This document shows positions 56,601 through 64,000 of a stretch of DNA of 64,000 nt, piece after piece; the stretch's first letter is position 1, and every line of letters starts with the position of its first letter. The DNA lies in the NCBI GenBank assembly GCA_902384455.1, contig CABMCB010000094.1, positions 32,001 to 96,000 of the forward strand, in the 5' to 3' direction. Source of the DNA: an uncultured archaeon. Its GTDB lineage: Archaea > Altiarchaeota > Altiarchaeia > IMC4 > SCGC-AAA252-I15. Position numbers and translations under genes: made by a program. The notes beneath the pieces were generated by a model. That model saw only the letters and a list, made by a program, of their open reading frames with translations. It was not told the DNA's origin and did no database searches.

Positions 56601-58326
56601 TTTCAAGGCTGATTAGGGATTGGTTGCAGACGTTTACGTCGTCGCTCACGTTTTCGTCTATGGGCAGGAGGTCTTGAGGATCCAGGTTTTTGGCTATGTC
56701 GCCTTTGACCCCGAAGTTTGTGGCAAGCAGAGTTATGAATCCTTCCGCGTTTGGCGGAAACGCTCCGAAGTCGGGTTCAGGGTTACCCGGGAGGAACCGG
56801 ATAGGCTGCATCTGGAGCTCAAATGATTTGACGGTGATTGAACGCCCGATTACTCGCTCTTCAACGCCGTCGTTCACGAGAGTAACAACCACATCCCAGC
56901 GGCCTGTGCTGTTCAGACTGAACAGGGGGGTAAGGTTTGTTGTGAGCCCTATTATGTATTGGTTTGTGGAGTTGCTCCAGAATAGGCCGTCTGCGTCTGT
57001 GCCGTTGTATGTCCATGTTTGGGTGAGGATTGATGATGGGTTGTATATGTCGAATGTTATTGTTGTTATGTTGTCGGCGTCTGTGGTTAGTCCTGCTGCG
57101 AGGGGGGAGTTGATTTGGAAGTCGAATCGGTCGCGGCGCATTAGTGGGTCTCCGACAAGTAGCATTGCGTTCCAGGATGGTTGTAGGTTGAATGTTTCTG
57201 CTGCGAGGTTGTTTGCGATTAGGGTGTAGCTTCCTGCGGCGTATGTTCCTGTTTGGAGTACTGCTTCGTTTGATAGTCCGTCTGCTCCTGTTTGGTCTTC
57301 TATGTGTGTGTCGTTTTTGACGTCGGTTTCTTGGTAGCTTCCGTTTGGTTGTTGTAGGCGGAGTATGAGGCTTGTTATGTTTGTTGATGTTGGGGCTCCG
57401 CTTTGTGTGAACACTGCGAGGGTTATGTTGTCTCCGGTGGTGTAGGGGCGGTCTCCTGGGCCGGGTGGCATCGCCAGTACTACGCCGTTGTTCCATATGT
57501 GGGCTATCCGGTATGGTGCTGTTTCGTTTAGGTTTTGGCAGCGGACTGCGGTGTCGTCTATTGTGCGGCGTAGTTTGGTTGTTGCGTCTGATGTTTCGTT
57601 TAATATTGGGTCGTTGTCGAAGTAGGCTTTGTTGTATTCTCCGGGTGCTGTTGGGTCTCCGACCCATACGTAGAGTGTTCCTGTGGTTTCGCCGTCGCCG
57701 TCTAGGTCGCAGCCGAACGATGCTTCGCTTATGCTTCCGTTGTGTAGTGTGCCGCTTAGGGTTGTGTTTTCTCCGCCTACGGGGAATCCTGCGGCAACGT
57801 TCCATGTGTCGTTTGTGTTTATTGTTATTGTGCGGGCTGCTCCGTCTGGGTTGGTTTCCAATAGGAGTATGCGCATGTAGTAGTCTTCTATGATTGTGAA
57901 TTCGTGCGTGATGTTTTTGGCGCCGTCATCCAACTCCATAGTCCATGTTCCTGCGGACGTGAAGTTGTCTCCCGTGTAGGAGAGCGTTGAGGAGGTGTTG
58001 AGTGATACTGTTTCTACTGGGGGGTTGCCGGCTAATCCTCCTGCTGGGAGGTAGAAGCGGATTTGAACTGGCGTATCGTCTTGGGTTGCTGCGACGTTCA
58101 CCAGTAAGGTTTCGCCGGTCCTGAGGAAGCTGGGGCCGGTGACTGAGGTTATGGTGCCGTTTAGTGGGCCATATCCGAATCCTAATGCGGATGAGCCTTG
58201 GCCTGAGGCTTTTGCCTGTGCGCCGCTTCCTCCTGCGGCAAGTAGTAGACCGACGATGAGTGCGGTCGCAAACGGGGGTATTGTCCTTTCGGGGTGTTTC
58301 GCCGATAATTTAGAAGGAGGCATCAC
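50632..58326 (-). CDS. Giant (2564 aa) secreted surface glycoprotein with Ig-like domains and C-terminal Cys-rich repeats
   Basis: Signal-like N-terminus, many NxS/T sequons, DxDGDG/DFNHDG Ca-binding-like motifs, a Gly linker, then about six C...C...CxW...C repeats. Confidence 0.8.
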   Translation of the reverse strand: MMPPSKLSAKHPERTIPPFATALIVGLLLAAGGSGAQAKASGQGSSALGFGYGPLNGTITSVTGPSFLRTGETLLVNVAATQDDTPVQIRFYLPAGGLAGNPPVETVSLNTSSTLSYTGDNFTSAGTWTMELDDGAKNITHEFTIIEDYYMRILLLETNPDGAARTITINTNDTWNVAAGFPVGGENTTLSGTLHNGSISEASFGCDLDGDGETTGTLYVWVGDPTAPGEYNKAYFDNDPILNETSDATTKLRRTIDDTAVRCQNLNETAPYRIAHIWNNGVVLAMPPGPGDRPYTTGDNITLAVFTQSGAPTSTNITSLILRLQQPNGSYQETDVKNDTHIEDQTGADGLSNEAVLQTGTYAAGSYTLIANNLAAETFNLQPSWNAMLLVGDPLMRRDRFDFQINSPLAAGLTTDADNITTITFDIYNPSSILTQTWTYNGTDADGLFWSNSTNQYIIGLTTNLTPLFSLNSTGRWDVVVTLVNDGVEERVIGRSITVKSFELQMQPIRFLPGNPEPDFGAFPPNAEGFITLLATNFGVKGDIAKNLDPQDLLPIDENVSDDVNVCNQSLISLEITDSSGTLLANYSSAPGIIGGFDNVKQTVDSKAPTALIPQPFESQCMAWLPWAPATPGEYALHATLNLNGETTEARSKLLIQNLETYAQPWDLTSNTFRPQFPPSSNVTLKITVKDLQTGNEVSPENIQNIEPQELFAQGTNILDAVTAWGWQTTTIGQENTTILWIQLPNTTTSFHSLRYRITTTINSTPTTGIGGGGFEIKRYDIRGYPNSNAGFDYFAPGDSINLTIEVRGPRGPASNVDVYIQEIRHQRTSRTFNYTAIRATTGSDGRANVTIDPTENLTVGEYDVSIRVRDADGNIDYGRGFFKIQDFYLTVFAVERTGGNCTPLNAGGKDGGGGPIKVVGSQAFAIVGFEAGGGIVQATPRLDQSQLFQFTNLNGEPVFRSLTPNITNVAWCLIPQYGNVNVSSFILQAASLGGEYDIEAVGEDAQGRMASGFNHFSVSPFNIDVEFLLRGEPVFSPGESLRFRVSADPSSNVTDASLVRLLKMGGGGKEGDQTIPHPENIINLTWENDVNASRVLTATLSNAGLNKGEYVLQLRFNVTFGDGQPGNVIYSQWFSLRSFTYGLANILQTWSQDYNTTSSYKLYYYDEQRGNRFYDQYPGGCPYPVISSNYSCGLINKTGVRAEILQVRNHDEEVALNQFYSYYNTSGNLTVLRGFNLIVGPVSWESVSSARVYVAQNDADLTNGSLTPLSVGDTITDSSGAKFRISKIQRDSVTLAPVIFANTWELRDLRVNTSGNVTLSGVLRIGTIGEDFVDVDFNHDGEIDRGQNRASYGIPFVLMDPHTSGVYDTALVDTNLDLDFTAETPIIIGGNGANLNYAGKTLYLIKGDFFDVLFAFNESGRDNWLGTHRKQSNITIPIYSRTRNLNITVAEIVNDRTFQPLDPNNYTWWPAVVGDDGMGFLTVNIAVPGSFRVLYRATDPNGTITEVPEPWEAPFLQVRAFDSRTELFKNVIKIPAFTDFNATSCRLTWWESRGTQTEWINTNGTLLEQILADLPEANFTGYLSNDFGPSMIYDSYTALYNQNIQHLFIKAAAGNYSGAAAYSQGDVVLTRERQFPDGQIQDPQENITYTFKGIICRPDGCQTVFEAAQTNTAIITKGAGAATGCGGPTNGLYQVCYDTGIRREGVNTNAYMFINDTGGLPTNLYIDDDLNLSTAQKAVALDASGIPNETGVIQVRGDANTQDWCAQQGCPGGEAEVNLTIFNATWTGTMYQITFDLQTKYNDTIHSNIKVDPNQGALVGPSGSYLVTYASWRNLWYAIDTTNPADPVFYTSATSNFTGTSGKHQGEDIGVYNSWLNDTIILNVLYISPLDYGWTTFNLAEEKQYQAYLVTLSESNNTEQTARFLINETTCRGCGADEMWLNPGQPTQERRGVKITFGGVNGDNSVNASVTLTNGMVTLGYNVSGLPAETQDHYTNENYQKLLCKINVSGTLYNAVAIDGNESQSDVTLTSIYLSNDTILTPNEGRQYGNLTNFDGTNYYLSYLSQNDGVVIAQNPTKTLGIPRSVNGQYKRSIAPETAWPTPLNNNSGRNVTFILYAEERGQDEPAQQGMIRGDDDSNMIRFDRECEGGGEGMNCTDQNPTSGSQTDEAGLMAEAQGNIGTWNFMNLPYRNASGALFTQSGYEIWDANTSEPVHLLERYQGWWGQSLTTRSNLTVGIRVRDFNGQPISGTVNVTGISMFGVIGGRWQETDLANYSDINVSVHYDGITIDDNRLDSDGLMFLLIALTDNTSWYEGFGYEVRILIQEDAGDSEESSIWFDFRGKGGGGGGGEGPQVEACEGVANNTVCASNPPGLCSWNAGLSTCQPNPNPVYCRDLKNQSDCTNANPPCLWVTGTPEGDKCLSCNMIQDESSCSHLPECNWDADKNKCMRIAFSGGGGGNPDACNSIIVQNVCDNSHGLCAWDGGLSECNPTGDPVDCTTYATQGACNAADPPCFWDPGHNQCASCNIITQQSICDQTPGPGALCTWSFADNACDRDATGGGP

Positions 58327-58465
58327 GAGTCATCTCCGTGATTACTTACATCGAGATGCTTAAAAGTGAGGGCTGTTTTTTTCTTGCGGTAGGAAGAAGG
58401 TATTTGGGGAGTTTTGGGAGTCGGCTGGTATATTTATATTACTGTATGTTACTATAGTGTCTGCT

Positions 58466-58630
58466 ATGCCTTCTTTGAAGAAGCAGTCTGGTTCGGGTCT
58501 TGCTGGCTCGGCGGGTTTGATTCGTTATTTTGACGTTGACGAAGGCGGGCCCAAGTTGGATCCTAAGTTGATTATAGCTATCATCAGCGCTTTGATTTTG
58601 TTGGAGTTGCTGTCGAAGGTCCTGGTTTAA
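58466..58630 (+). CDS. secG: Preprotein translocase subunit Sec61beta/SecG (54 aa; below the ORF-track cutoff)
   Basis: MPSLKKQSGSGLAGSAGLIRYFDVDEGGPKLDPKLIIAIISALILLELLSKVLV; the AGLIRYFD...K.DP signature plus a TM. Confidence 0.92.
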   Translation: MPSLKKQSGSGLAGSAGLIRYFDVDEGGPKLDPKLIIAIISALILLELLSKVLV

Positions 58631-58639
58631 TTTTGTTTT

Positions 58640-61339
58640 TTATTCGATTACAGGCGGGAATTTGAAGTTTAGGGTTGTTTCTCCGTCTGGTTGTCTTTCG
58701 ACGTTGATTGTTCCGCCTAAGTCTCTTATTGTTGTTCCTGCGTTTCGTAGTATTCGGATTAGTTGTTCTCTGCTTGTTTGGGGGTTTATTGCATTTTCAT
58801 ATCGGTCTGTCGCTGTTGGGTGTTGGTATTGTGTTCCTGAGGTTTCTCCTCGTCGGGCTTCTGCTTCTATGAGTATGTCGTTGAATGCTGCGTCAGGTAT
58901 TTGCTCTGCGTTCCACCCGCGGTAGTTGACTGAAATTAGGGGTCCGTCTTCGGGGTTTGTTAGGGTGAATGCGAGGCGCCCTCCTTTTTGGACGCCCAGG
59001 AAACCGTTGTCGGATATTAGTGGCTTGATTATTACTTCGGATATGGCTCTTTCGTTGTCGTCTGTTGGTGCTAATCCAGCCAAAACTTCTGTTTCCGGAT
59101 ATTTTACTTCGAGTTCTATGCCGAACATCTGCCTTATTGAGTCTTGCCCTCTGGCTAGTGCCGCAACTTTTTTAGTCAACTCCAACACCATTCCTTTTAT
59201 TTGAGGGTTTACAGGCAGAGTGATTTTAAATCTTGTTCCGTGGTCTTGCGGGTCGACCGAGCTTTCTATTCCTATTGTTCCCCCGTGCGCTTCGATGAGG
59301 CTTTTGGATATGTCCAACCCCAGTCCTTGACCGCCCTTAGCCGTATCTCCTGCTTCATCTACTTGGGCGCCTCGAGTGAATATCCCGCCTATTTGGTCGG
59401 CTGGTATTCCGCGGCCTGTGTCTGCGACTATTATTTCCACTGCAGGAGGGTCGCCTTCTTTTCGTCTTGCCGACACCGTAACCGTGTTTGCTTGCACTTC
59501 GCCGCTTTCGCTGACTGCAGGGAACTTGAATGCGTTGCCTACGAGGTTTATTAACACACGACCGAGTTTCACGGGGTCTGCGTTTACGACCGCGTCTTCT
59601 TCGCATTGTGTTTCCAGAGCTTTTTCAGGCCCTTGTGATGGGTTGGATTTTTGGCGGACGGCGGTTTCCGTTTGGATTGTGGCTGCGACTGCGTTGAGTG
59701 TTTGGGGTATGAACTCGGCTAGTTGCAGGCGTTTGGGTTGAACCAGTATTCCCCTTGCTTTTATTTCGGCGCCTTGGTCCGTTATCACTCCCTCAAGACG
59801 CCCCATTTCAAAGTCTAATATTTCGAAGGTACTGAGGTCTAATAGTGCTGTATGTAGCAGACTGCTGAATATCGGGTTTTCTGCTGCAACTAGAAGCGCC
59901 TCCGCTTTTCGTACGTTCTCCAAATCCTCGGGGGACGCTGCCGCCTTATTCTGCGCGACATACGTCGTGACTAATCCTAAAAACTCCGGAACATCGGTTC
60001 GTTTTTTGCGGACTTCTGCGAGTACTTGAGGGGGAGTCCCTATTTCACGCAGCGCTTGTCGGCTTCTTCGCGCAGTATGCGCAGAAAATCCGCCTATTGT
60101 AGCTACCGGATTCCTTACGTCATGGGCCAAACGGTCAGCTAACACGGACATCAAAGCCTCTTGGAGGAGTATTTGCTGGTGTTCCTGCGCGTTGTGCAGC
60201 GCAGTAGACGCATCTTTAGACAGGCCCGTCAGGAACTCAGTGTCTTCCCTGTCCCAATCCTGCTTATTGGATACTAGTAATGCGCCTATGGTTATCGTAC
60301 TTATTTCTCCGGTTTGTCTGTTTCGCACTCTGCGGGTTATTGGAAACGTGCCCATAGAGAATATTCCCCACTTCTCGTCTTTGCTGTGGTCTACGCGCGG
60401 GTCTGCGGCGTAAGCGTCCTTCCCTAAGACGACAGGTTGCCCAGTCTGAAGAACCTCCTGGACTATGAGGTCAGTTAATACGTCGCTTCTTACCGCCTGC
60501 ATCTGAGCGTCAGTCCACCCATTTTCACCTGCGCCAGGCGCCCTGAAAACTGCGCTATCTACACTAATGCCTCTTCTTGTTTGTTTTGTTGTGATAAGCA
60601 GTCCTTTAGGGGAATCCTCGTCTTGGCCGGTCCATAGTCCGGCAAGTAGCACTGCGCCGTTGCATACGTCGCCTTGGACTGTTTCGACGTCTATTCCCTC
60701 TCCGACTAGGGAGACGTCGTCTCTTATCCTCTCAAGAAGCTTCGCCTGAGTCTTGTCTTCAACCCTAAGTAATACGCCTATTCTGTTGTCCGTCTGCCCC
60801 TCGTAAATAGGGTAGTACGTTAGGTTTTGGTGGACGTTCATGCCCAATGCAGTAAGGAGTTCCTGGCGTCTTGGCGAAAAATACTCCATATCGTACTCAT
60901 GGATAACTTCAATTGAGGGGTCTGACATTATGCGCCTGAAGTTTGCAGTCCGCCTTACGCCTTCGTCGCCTGTGACCACGTCAGTGTAGGGGATGTAGAC
61001 TTCTTCAGGTTGGGTCTCAGGGTTTCGTCCCCACTTCCTAAGCTGCTCTCCTCCGTAATATACGACAATCCAGTCACTATGCTCCACGTCATCGGGCCTA
61101 GTTGGAGCAAGCGCAATATAACCTGTCCTAACGTCAAGCCTCCGCGTATTAATGTTCCCTAAAACCCTGTAAACGGAAGCGGCAGCAGGCTCATCAAGAG
61201 GCTGCCCCCTTTTTTCCATAGTCTCCAACACTTTCGCGTAGAGCGCCCGAGATTCAGGAGAAAGCTGAGGTTGACCTTCGCCGGGTTGATATGGGCCTGG
61301 AAGCCCGCTTTCATGGCCTTCTACAGGCTTGAGAATCAT
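58640..61339 (-). CDS. Cytoplasmic GAF-domain sensor histidine kinase
   Basis: GAF region (AADPR...FPI...IGALLV), H-box LAHDVRNP, N-box NLVGNAFKF, DTGRGI, GQGLGL, HGGTI. Confidence 0.88.
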   Translation of the reverse strand: MILKPVEGHESGLPGPYQPGEGQPQLSPESRALYAKVLETMEKRGQPLDEPAAASVYRVLGNINTRRLDVRTGYIALAPTRPDDVEHSDWIVVYYGGEQLRKWGRNPETQPEEVYIPYTDVVTGDEGVRRTANFRRIMSDPSIEVIHEYDMEYFSPRRQELLTALGMNVHQNLTYYPIYEGQTDNRIGVLLRVEDKTQAKLLERIRDDVSLVGEGIDVETVQGDVCNGAVLLAGLWTGQDEDSPKGLLITTKQTRRGISVDSAVFRAPGAGENGWTDAQMQAVRSDVLTDLIVQEVLQTGQPVVLGKDAYAADPRVDHSKDEKWGIFSMGTFPITRRVRNRQTGEISTITIGALLVSNKQDWDREDTEFLTGLSKDASTALHNAQEHQQILLQEALMSVLADRLAHDVRNPVATIGGFSAHTARRSRQALREIGTPPQVLAEVRKKRTDVPEFLGLVTTYVAQNKAAASPEDLENVRKAEALLVAAENPIFSSLLHTALLDLSTFEILDFEMGRLEGVITDQGAEIKARGILVQPKRLQLAEFIPQTLNAVAATIQTETAVRQKSNPSQGPEKALETQCEEDAVVNADPVKLGRVLINLVGNAFKFPAVSESGEVQANTVTVSARRKEGDPPAVEIIVADTGRGIPADQIGGIFTRGAQVDEAGDTAKGGQGLGLDISKSLIEAHGGTIGIESSVDPQDHGTRFKITLPVNPQIKGMVLELTKKVAALARGQDSIRQMFGIELEVKYPETEVLAGLAPTDDNERAISEVIIKPLISDNGFLGVQKGGRLAFTLTNPEDGPLISVNYRGWNAEQIPDAAFNDILIEAEARRGETSGTQYQHPTATDRYENAINPQTSREQLIRILRNAGTTIRDLGGTINVERQPDGETTLNFKFPPVIE

Positions 61340-61414
61340 GTATTAAAGTGGGTTTTTGAAGCATAAAATCAGTCAAACCCCCCTTTTTTATGCTCAAATG
61401 CCTCCGTAGTATAC

Positions 61415-61672
61415 GGTGGACTAGGCTGGGGGGCTGATCCTCTCCTGTTGCCCCAAACGGATCTTTTGGGGGGGCTGAAGTCTGCGGGGCGGCGTCCAAA
61501 ACCGCCTTGAAGTCTAAGGTCGGACGGTGACTTCTCGTCCCGCTGGATTGTCCGCCGTTGGAATCGGGTCAGGCCCTGACGGGAGCAGCCCTAACAGCAG
61601 CGGACGATGCTTGCGGGGTCACGGGGAAAAGAATGGCCTTAGGTTCCCTTCAGGGCAGTTAGGTCGTCCACC
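61415..61672 (+). ncRNA. ffs: Archaeal SRP (7S) RNA
   Basis: 5' GGTGGACTAGGCTGGGGGG pairs with 3' GTCCACC. Helix 8 is GGGTCAGGCCC-TGAC-GGGAGCAGCC. A TATA-like TTTTTATG lies upstream. Confidence 0.88.
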
Positions 61673-61757
61673 TGCGGACGTGTCCGCCACCTATCTTTTA
61701 GGTCTCAGATGGGCGGTTTGAGATGTTTTTAAGTTGCGACAGCACTAATAGTGTTAT

Positions 61758-62861
61758 ATGAATTCTATTGTCAGCTCTGCTATCCAACATGGAACACAAG
61801 ATAAGAAGCTTGGGGAATTCGACGATACTGAAAAGCTTAAGATCGTCATACTAGGCGCTGGAGGCGGCGGAAACAACACCATTAACCGGCTGCACCGCGC
61901 GGGCATAACTGGGGCTCAGCTTGTCGCAGTCAACACGGACAAAGTCGACCTTATGAAGAAGCTCCCCAACCAAGGAATCACCAAAATACTCATCGGCGCC
62001 AAACTTACCCGAGGACTGGGCGCAGGCGGATTCCCCGAGATAGGGGAGAAGGCCGCTGAAGCCAGCCGCCATGAGCTTGAGGAGGTTTTGGCTGGAACTC
62101 ACATGCTCTTTTTGACTGCCGGGATGGGAGGAGGAACCGGCACAGGAAGCGCACCGGTGATTGCTCAGATAGCCAAGGAGGCGGGCGCAATAGTCATCGC
62201 AATGGTGACTTTCCCGTTTGAGCTTGAAAGAAGCCGCTTGGACAAGGCGCGCGAAGGAATCGACAAGCTTAGGGAGGCGGCAGACACCGTCGTCATAATC
62301 GACAACAACAAGCTCGTCCAGTACGTGCCCAACCTGCCTTTGGACAAGGCGTTTATGGTAGCAGATGAAGTGGTGACAAGAAGCGTCAAAGGAATTACCG
62401 AGACGATTATGGAGCCGTCACTCATCAACCTCGACTTCGCAGACATCAAAGCGGTGCTCGGAGGAGGAGGCGTCGCAGTAATTTCCGTCGGAGAAGGCGC
62501 AGGCCCCAACCGCGTTGAGGAGGCCGTTAAGAACACCATCAGCCACCCGCTTTTGGAAGTCGACTACAAGGGTGCGACCGGCGCGCTCATCCACATTACC
62601 GGAGGCAACGACATGACTTTAGGTGAGGCGAACCGCATAGGTGAGATGATTACGTCGGAGTTGGATCCTAAGTCGAGCGTCATGTGGGGTGCCCGCGTGA
62701 ACCCGAATGTGAGCGAGCACTTGGACGTGATTGCGATTATTACTGGAGTACATAGCCCAAACATCCTTGGCGCAAGCTCAGGGAAGCCTAGGCGGAAATC
62801 CGACGACTCCGCAAGCATGTACAGCAAGGACATCGACGAGCTCAACATTAAAGGGCTATAA
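61758..62861 (+). CDS. ftsZ: Cell division protein FtsZ
   Basis: GAGGGGNN, GLGAGG, GMGGGTGTG, INLDFAD. TTTTTAAG about 25-30 bp upstream (leaderless). Confidence 0.97.
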   Translation: MNSIVSSAIQHGTQDKKLGEFDDTEKLKIVILGAGGGGNNTINRLHRAGITGAQLVAVNTDKVDLMKKLPNQGITKILIGAKLTRGLGAGGFPEIGEKAAEASRHELEEVLAGTHMLFLTAGMGGGTGTGSAPVIAQIAKEAGAIVIAMVTFPFELERSRLDKAREGIDKLREAADTVVIIDNNKLVQYVPNLPLDKAFMVADEVVTRSVKGITETIMEPSLINLDFADIKAVLGGGGVAVISVGEGAGPNRVEEAVKNTISHPLLEVDYKGATGALIHITGGNDMTLGEANRIGEMITSELDPKSSVMWGARVNPNVSEHLDVIAIITGVHSPNILGASSGKPRRKSDDSASMYSKDIDELNIKGL

Positions 62862-62929
62862 AGTACGTCAAACAAATTTAGGGGGCCTTTTTTCGGCTCC
62901 CGCCCAATCTTTTTTTGTTGTTGCTTAGT

Positions 62930-63841
62930 TTAGAGGTCGTATTCGTCTGTGCGGGATTGGACGCTGCGTGTTTCATAGCGTATTACGTGGATTCTTTTAG
63001 GGTTCCGGTGGACTGTTATGCTTGATGTGTTTTCTCCGCGGGGGAAATTGGGGTCTGGGGGACGAGCGTCTTCGACTCCTTCCGGCTTAATCCACGGGCT
63101 TGGCGGCGTAATCCAGTCTACGGCGCGAAGCTTAAGTCCCTTTTTGAAGAAGGGGGTAAGTTCGTGCAGGATTCGAGGGAGTATTTCTGCGGAGTCTCTC
63201 CCGTTTCCTTTCACGAGCGCAAGTTCGACTTTGTTTATGCCGCCCGCTTCATCGCCTACTTCGTATGTGAATTCGAGCAGGCGTGCTGACGGCTGGGCAT
63301 GCGCTAAGGCCAGAAGGTCGTCTGCCATGTATGCTGCGTAGAAGCAGCTTGTTGCGAAATCAGACGATACGCTTGGCATGTTTCTGGCTATGATGGCTTC
63401 GCTGGAGTGAACATTTAATCCGGCTGCGACCGCTTCAGACCCCTCAAGGCGACTTAGTTCTATGAACCGGTGTAGGTCTGAGCTTACAGGGGAGTAAGTT
63501 GTTCCGGAAGGTATCTGCCAGACTTTGACAGACGGTTTTTCCAGGCGTATTTCGCCGTGGACCGTCACTTGATCAAGTAAGTCTATGCGGCGCGGGTCAG
63601 GCAAAATATCAAGGGGTATGTCTTGTCCTAAAACGTTTATGTACTGCATTCTTTGCTTTGGCGGCGTTCCTGGCACGTCGATTGACCGGGCGAAATGCAG
63701 CGCTCGCTCTGAGAATGCGAGTTCGGCGTTTAAAGCCGCCTCCTCGAGTGTTGCGTCGGGAAGCGTTATTCCGTTTGTTTGGCGTTGCCGAGATAATGCT
63801 TGGCGGAGTTCGTCCGGCTTGGTTTGAGGCGTTATGCGCAT
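62930..63841 (-). CDS. Hypothetical protein, tandem paralogue A
   Basis: 303-aa ORF whose C-terminus is duplicated in the next gene. Confidence 0.7.
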   Translation of the reverse strand: MRITPQTKPDELRQALSRQRQTNGITLPDATLEEAALNAELAFSERALHFARSIDVPGTPPKQRMQYINVLGQDIPLDILPDPRRIDLLDQVTVHGEIRLEKPSVKVWQIPSGTTYSPVSSDLHRFIELSRLEGSEAVAAGLNVHSSEAIIARNMPSVSSDFATSCFYAAYMADDLLALAHAQPSARLLEFTYEVGDEAGGINKVELALVKGNGRDSAEILPRILHELTPFFKKGLKLRAVDWITPPSPWIKPEGVEDARPPDPNFPRGENTSSITVHRNPKRIHVIRYETRSVQSRTDEYDL

Positions 63842-63842
63842 T

Positions 63843-64000
63843 TTATAGGTCGTATTCGTTTCTCGGGGAGGTGTTGGATTCGTATTGGTAGCGGATGACG
63901 TGGACTCTTTTTGGGTTTTGGTGTACTGTTATGTTGCAGTAGTTTTCTCCGCGGGGGAAATTTGGGTCTGGAGGACGCGCGTCTTCGACTCCTTCCGGCT
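63843..64000 (-). CDS. 3' end of tandem paralogue B (runs off the window)
   Basis: Translates to PEGVEDARPPDPNFPRGENYCNITVHQNPKRVHVIRY...EYDL*, matching the C-terminus of 62930..63841. Confidence 0.75.
   Translation of the reverse strand, partial: PEGVEDARPPDPNFPRGENYCNITVHQNPKRVHVIRYQYESNTSPRNEYDL

Noticed and set aside
49771-57900. Long Arg/Asn/His-rich alternative-frame ORFs (e.g. 51257..52525, 56861..57805, 5' part of 49159..50406)
   Set aside because: They are artefacts of A/C-rich codon usage, which removes stop codons from shifted frames.

Overview
This is an archaeal chromosomal window, judged from TFB, archaeal SRP RNA, Sec61beta/SecG, FtsZ, a tRNA-Leu with no encoded CCA, and TATA-box leaderless genes. 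The Thr-rich, lamin-tail and giant secreted proteins suggest a DPANN/Altiarchaeota-like organism, but that is inference only. Layout: (1) 1-~15.4 kb is an integrated conjugative-type element. It has an AT-rich PLD-helicase plus Type IIG R-M pair, an orphan N4-C methyltransferase, and a GC-richer VirB2/VirB6/PrgI/VirB4 module. It also carries a divergent two-gene unit encoding a single-repeat 'half' TBP and a wHTH-PUR/PC4-like fusion, and ends near a double palindromic operator. (2) tRNA-Leu(TAG) is followed by a 189-bp insert bounded by a duplication of the tRNA 3' end. (3) Core and accessory genes follow: GT-C glycosyltransferase, double DsbA, zinc-ribbon microprotein, solo Cas4-like nuclease, glutaredoxin, TFB, TauE and PhoU. 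An Ehr/Hyf-like membrane complex here has lost both the Ni and the Fe-S ligands. (4) 35-58 kb is a surface-protein region. It includes a mosaic array of four paralogous membrane/lipoproteins interleaved with truncated copies of the start of a secreted PHP hydrolase and punctuated by five identical 15-bp motifs, plus a 2564-aa giant secreted protein. (5) The window ends with secG, an orphan histidine kinase, SRP RNA, ftsZ and tandem hypothetical paralogues. The strongest candidates for new biology are the half-TBP/wHTH-PUR unit on the element, the cassette array upstream of the PHP hydrolase, and the cofactor-less Ehr complex. All calls come from reading motifs; no database searches were run.
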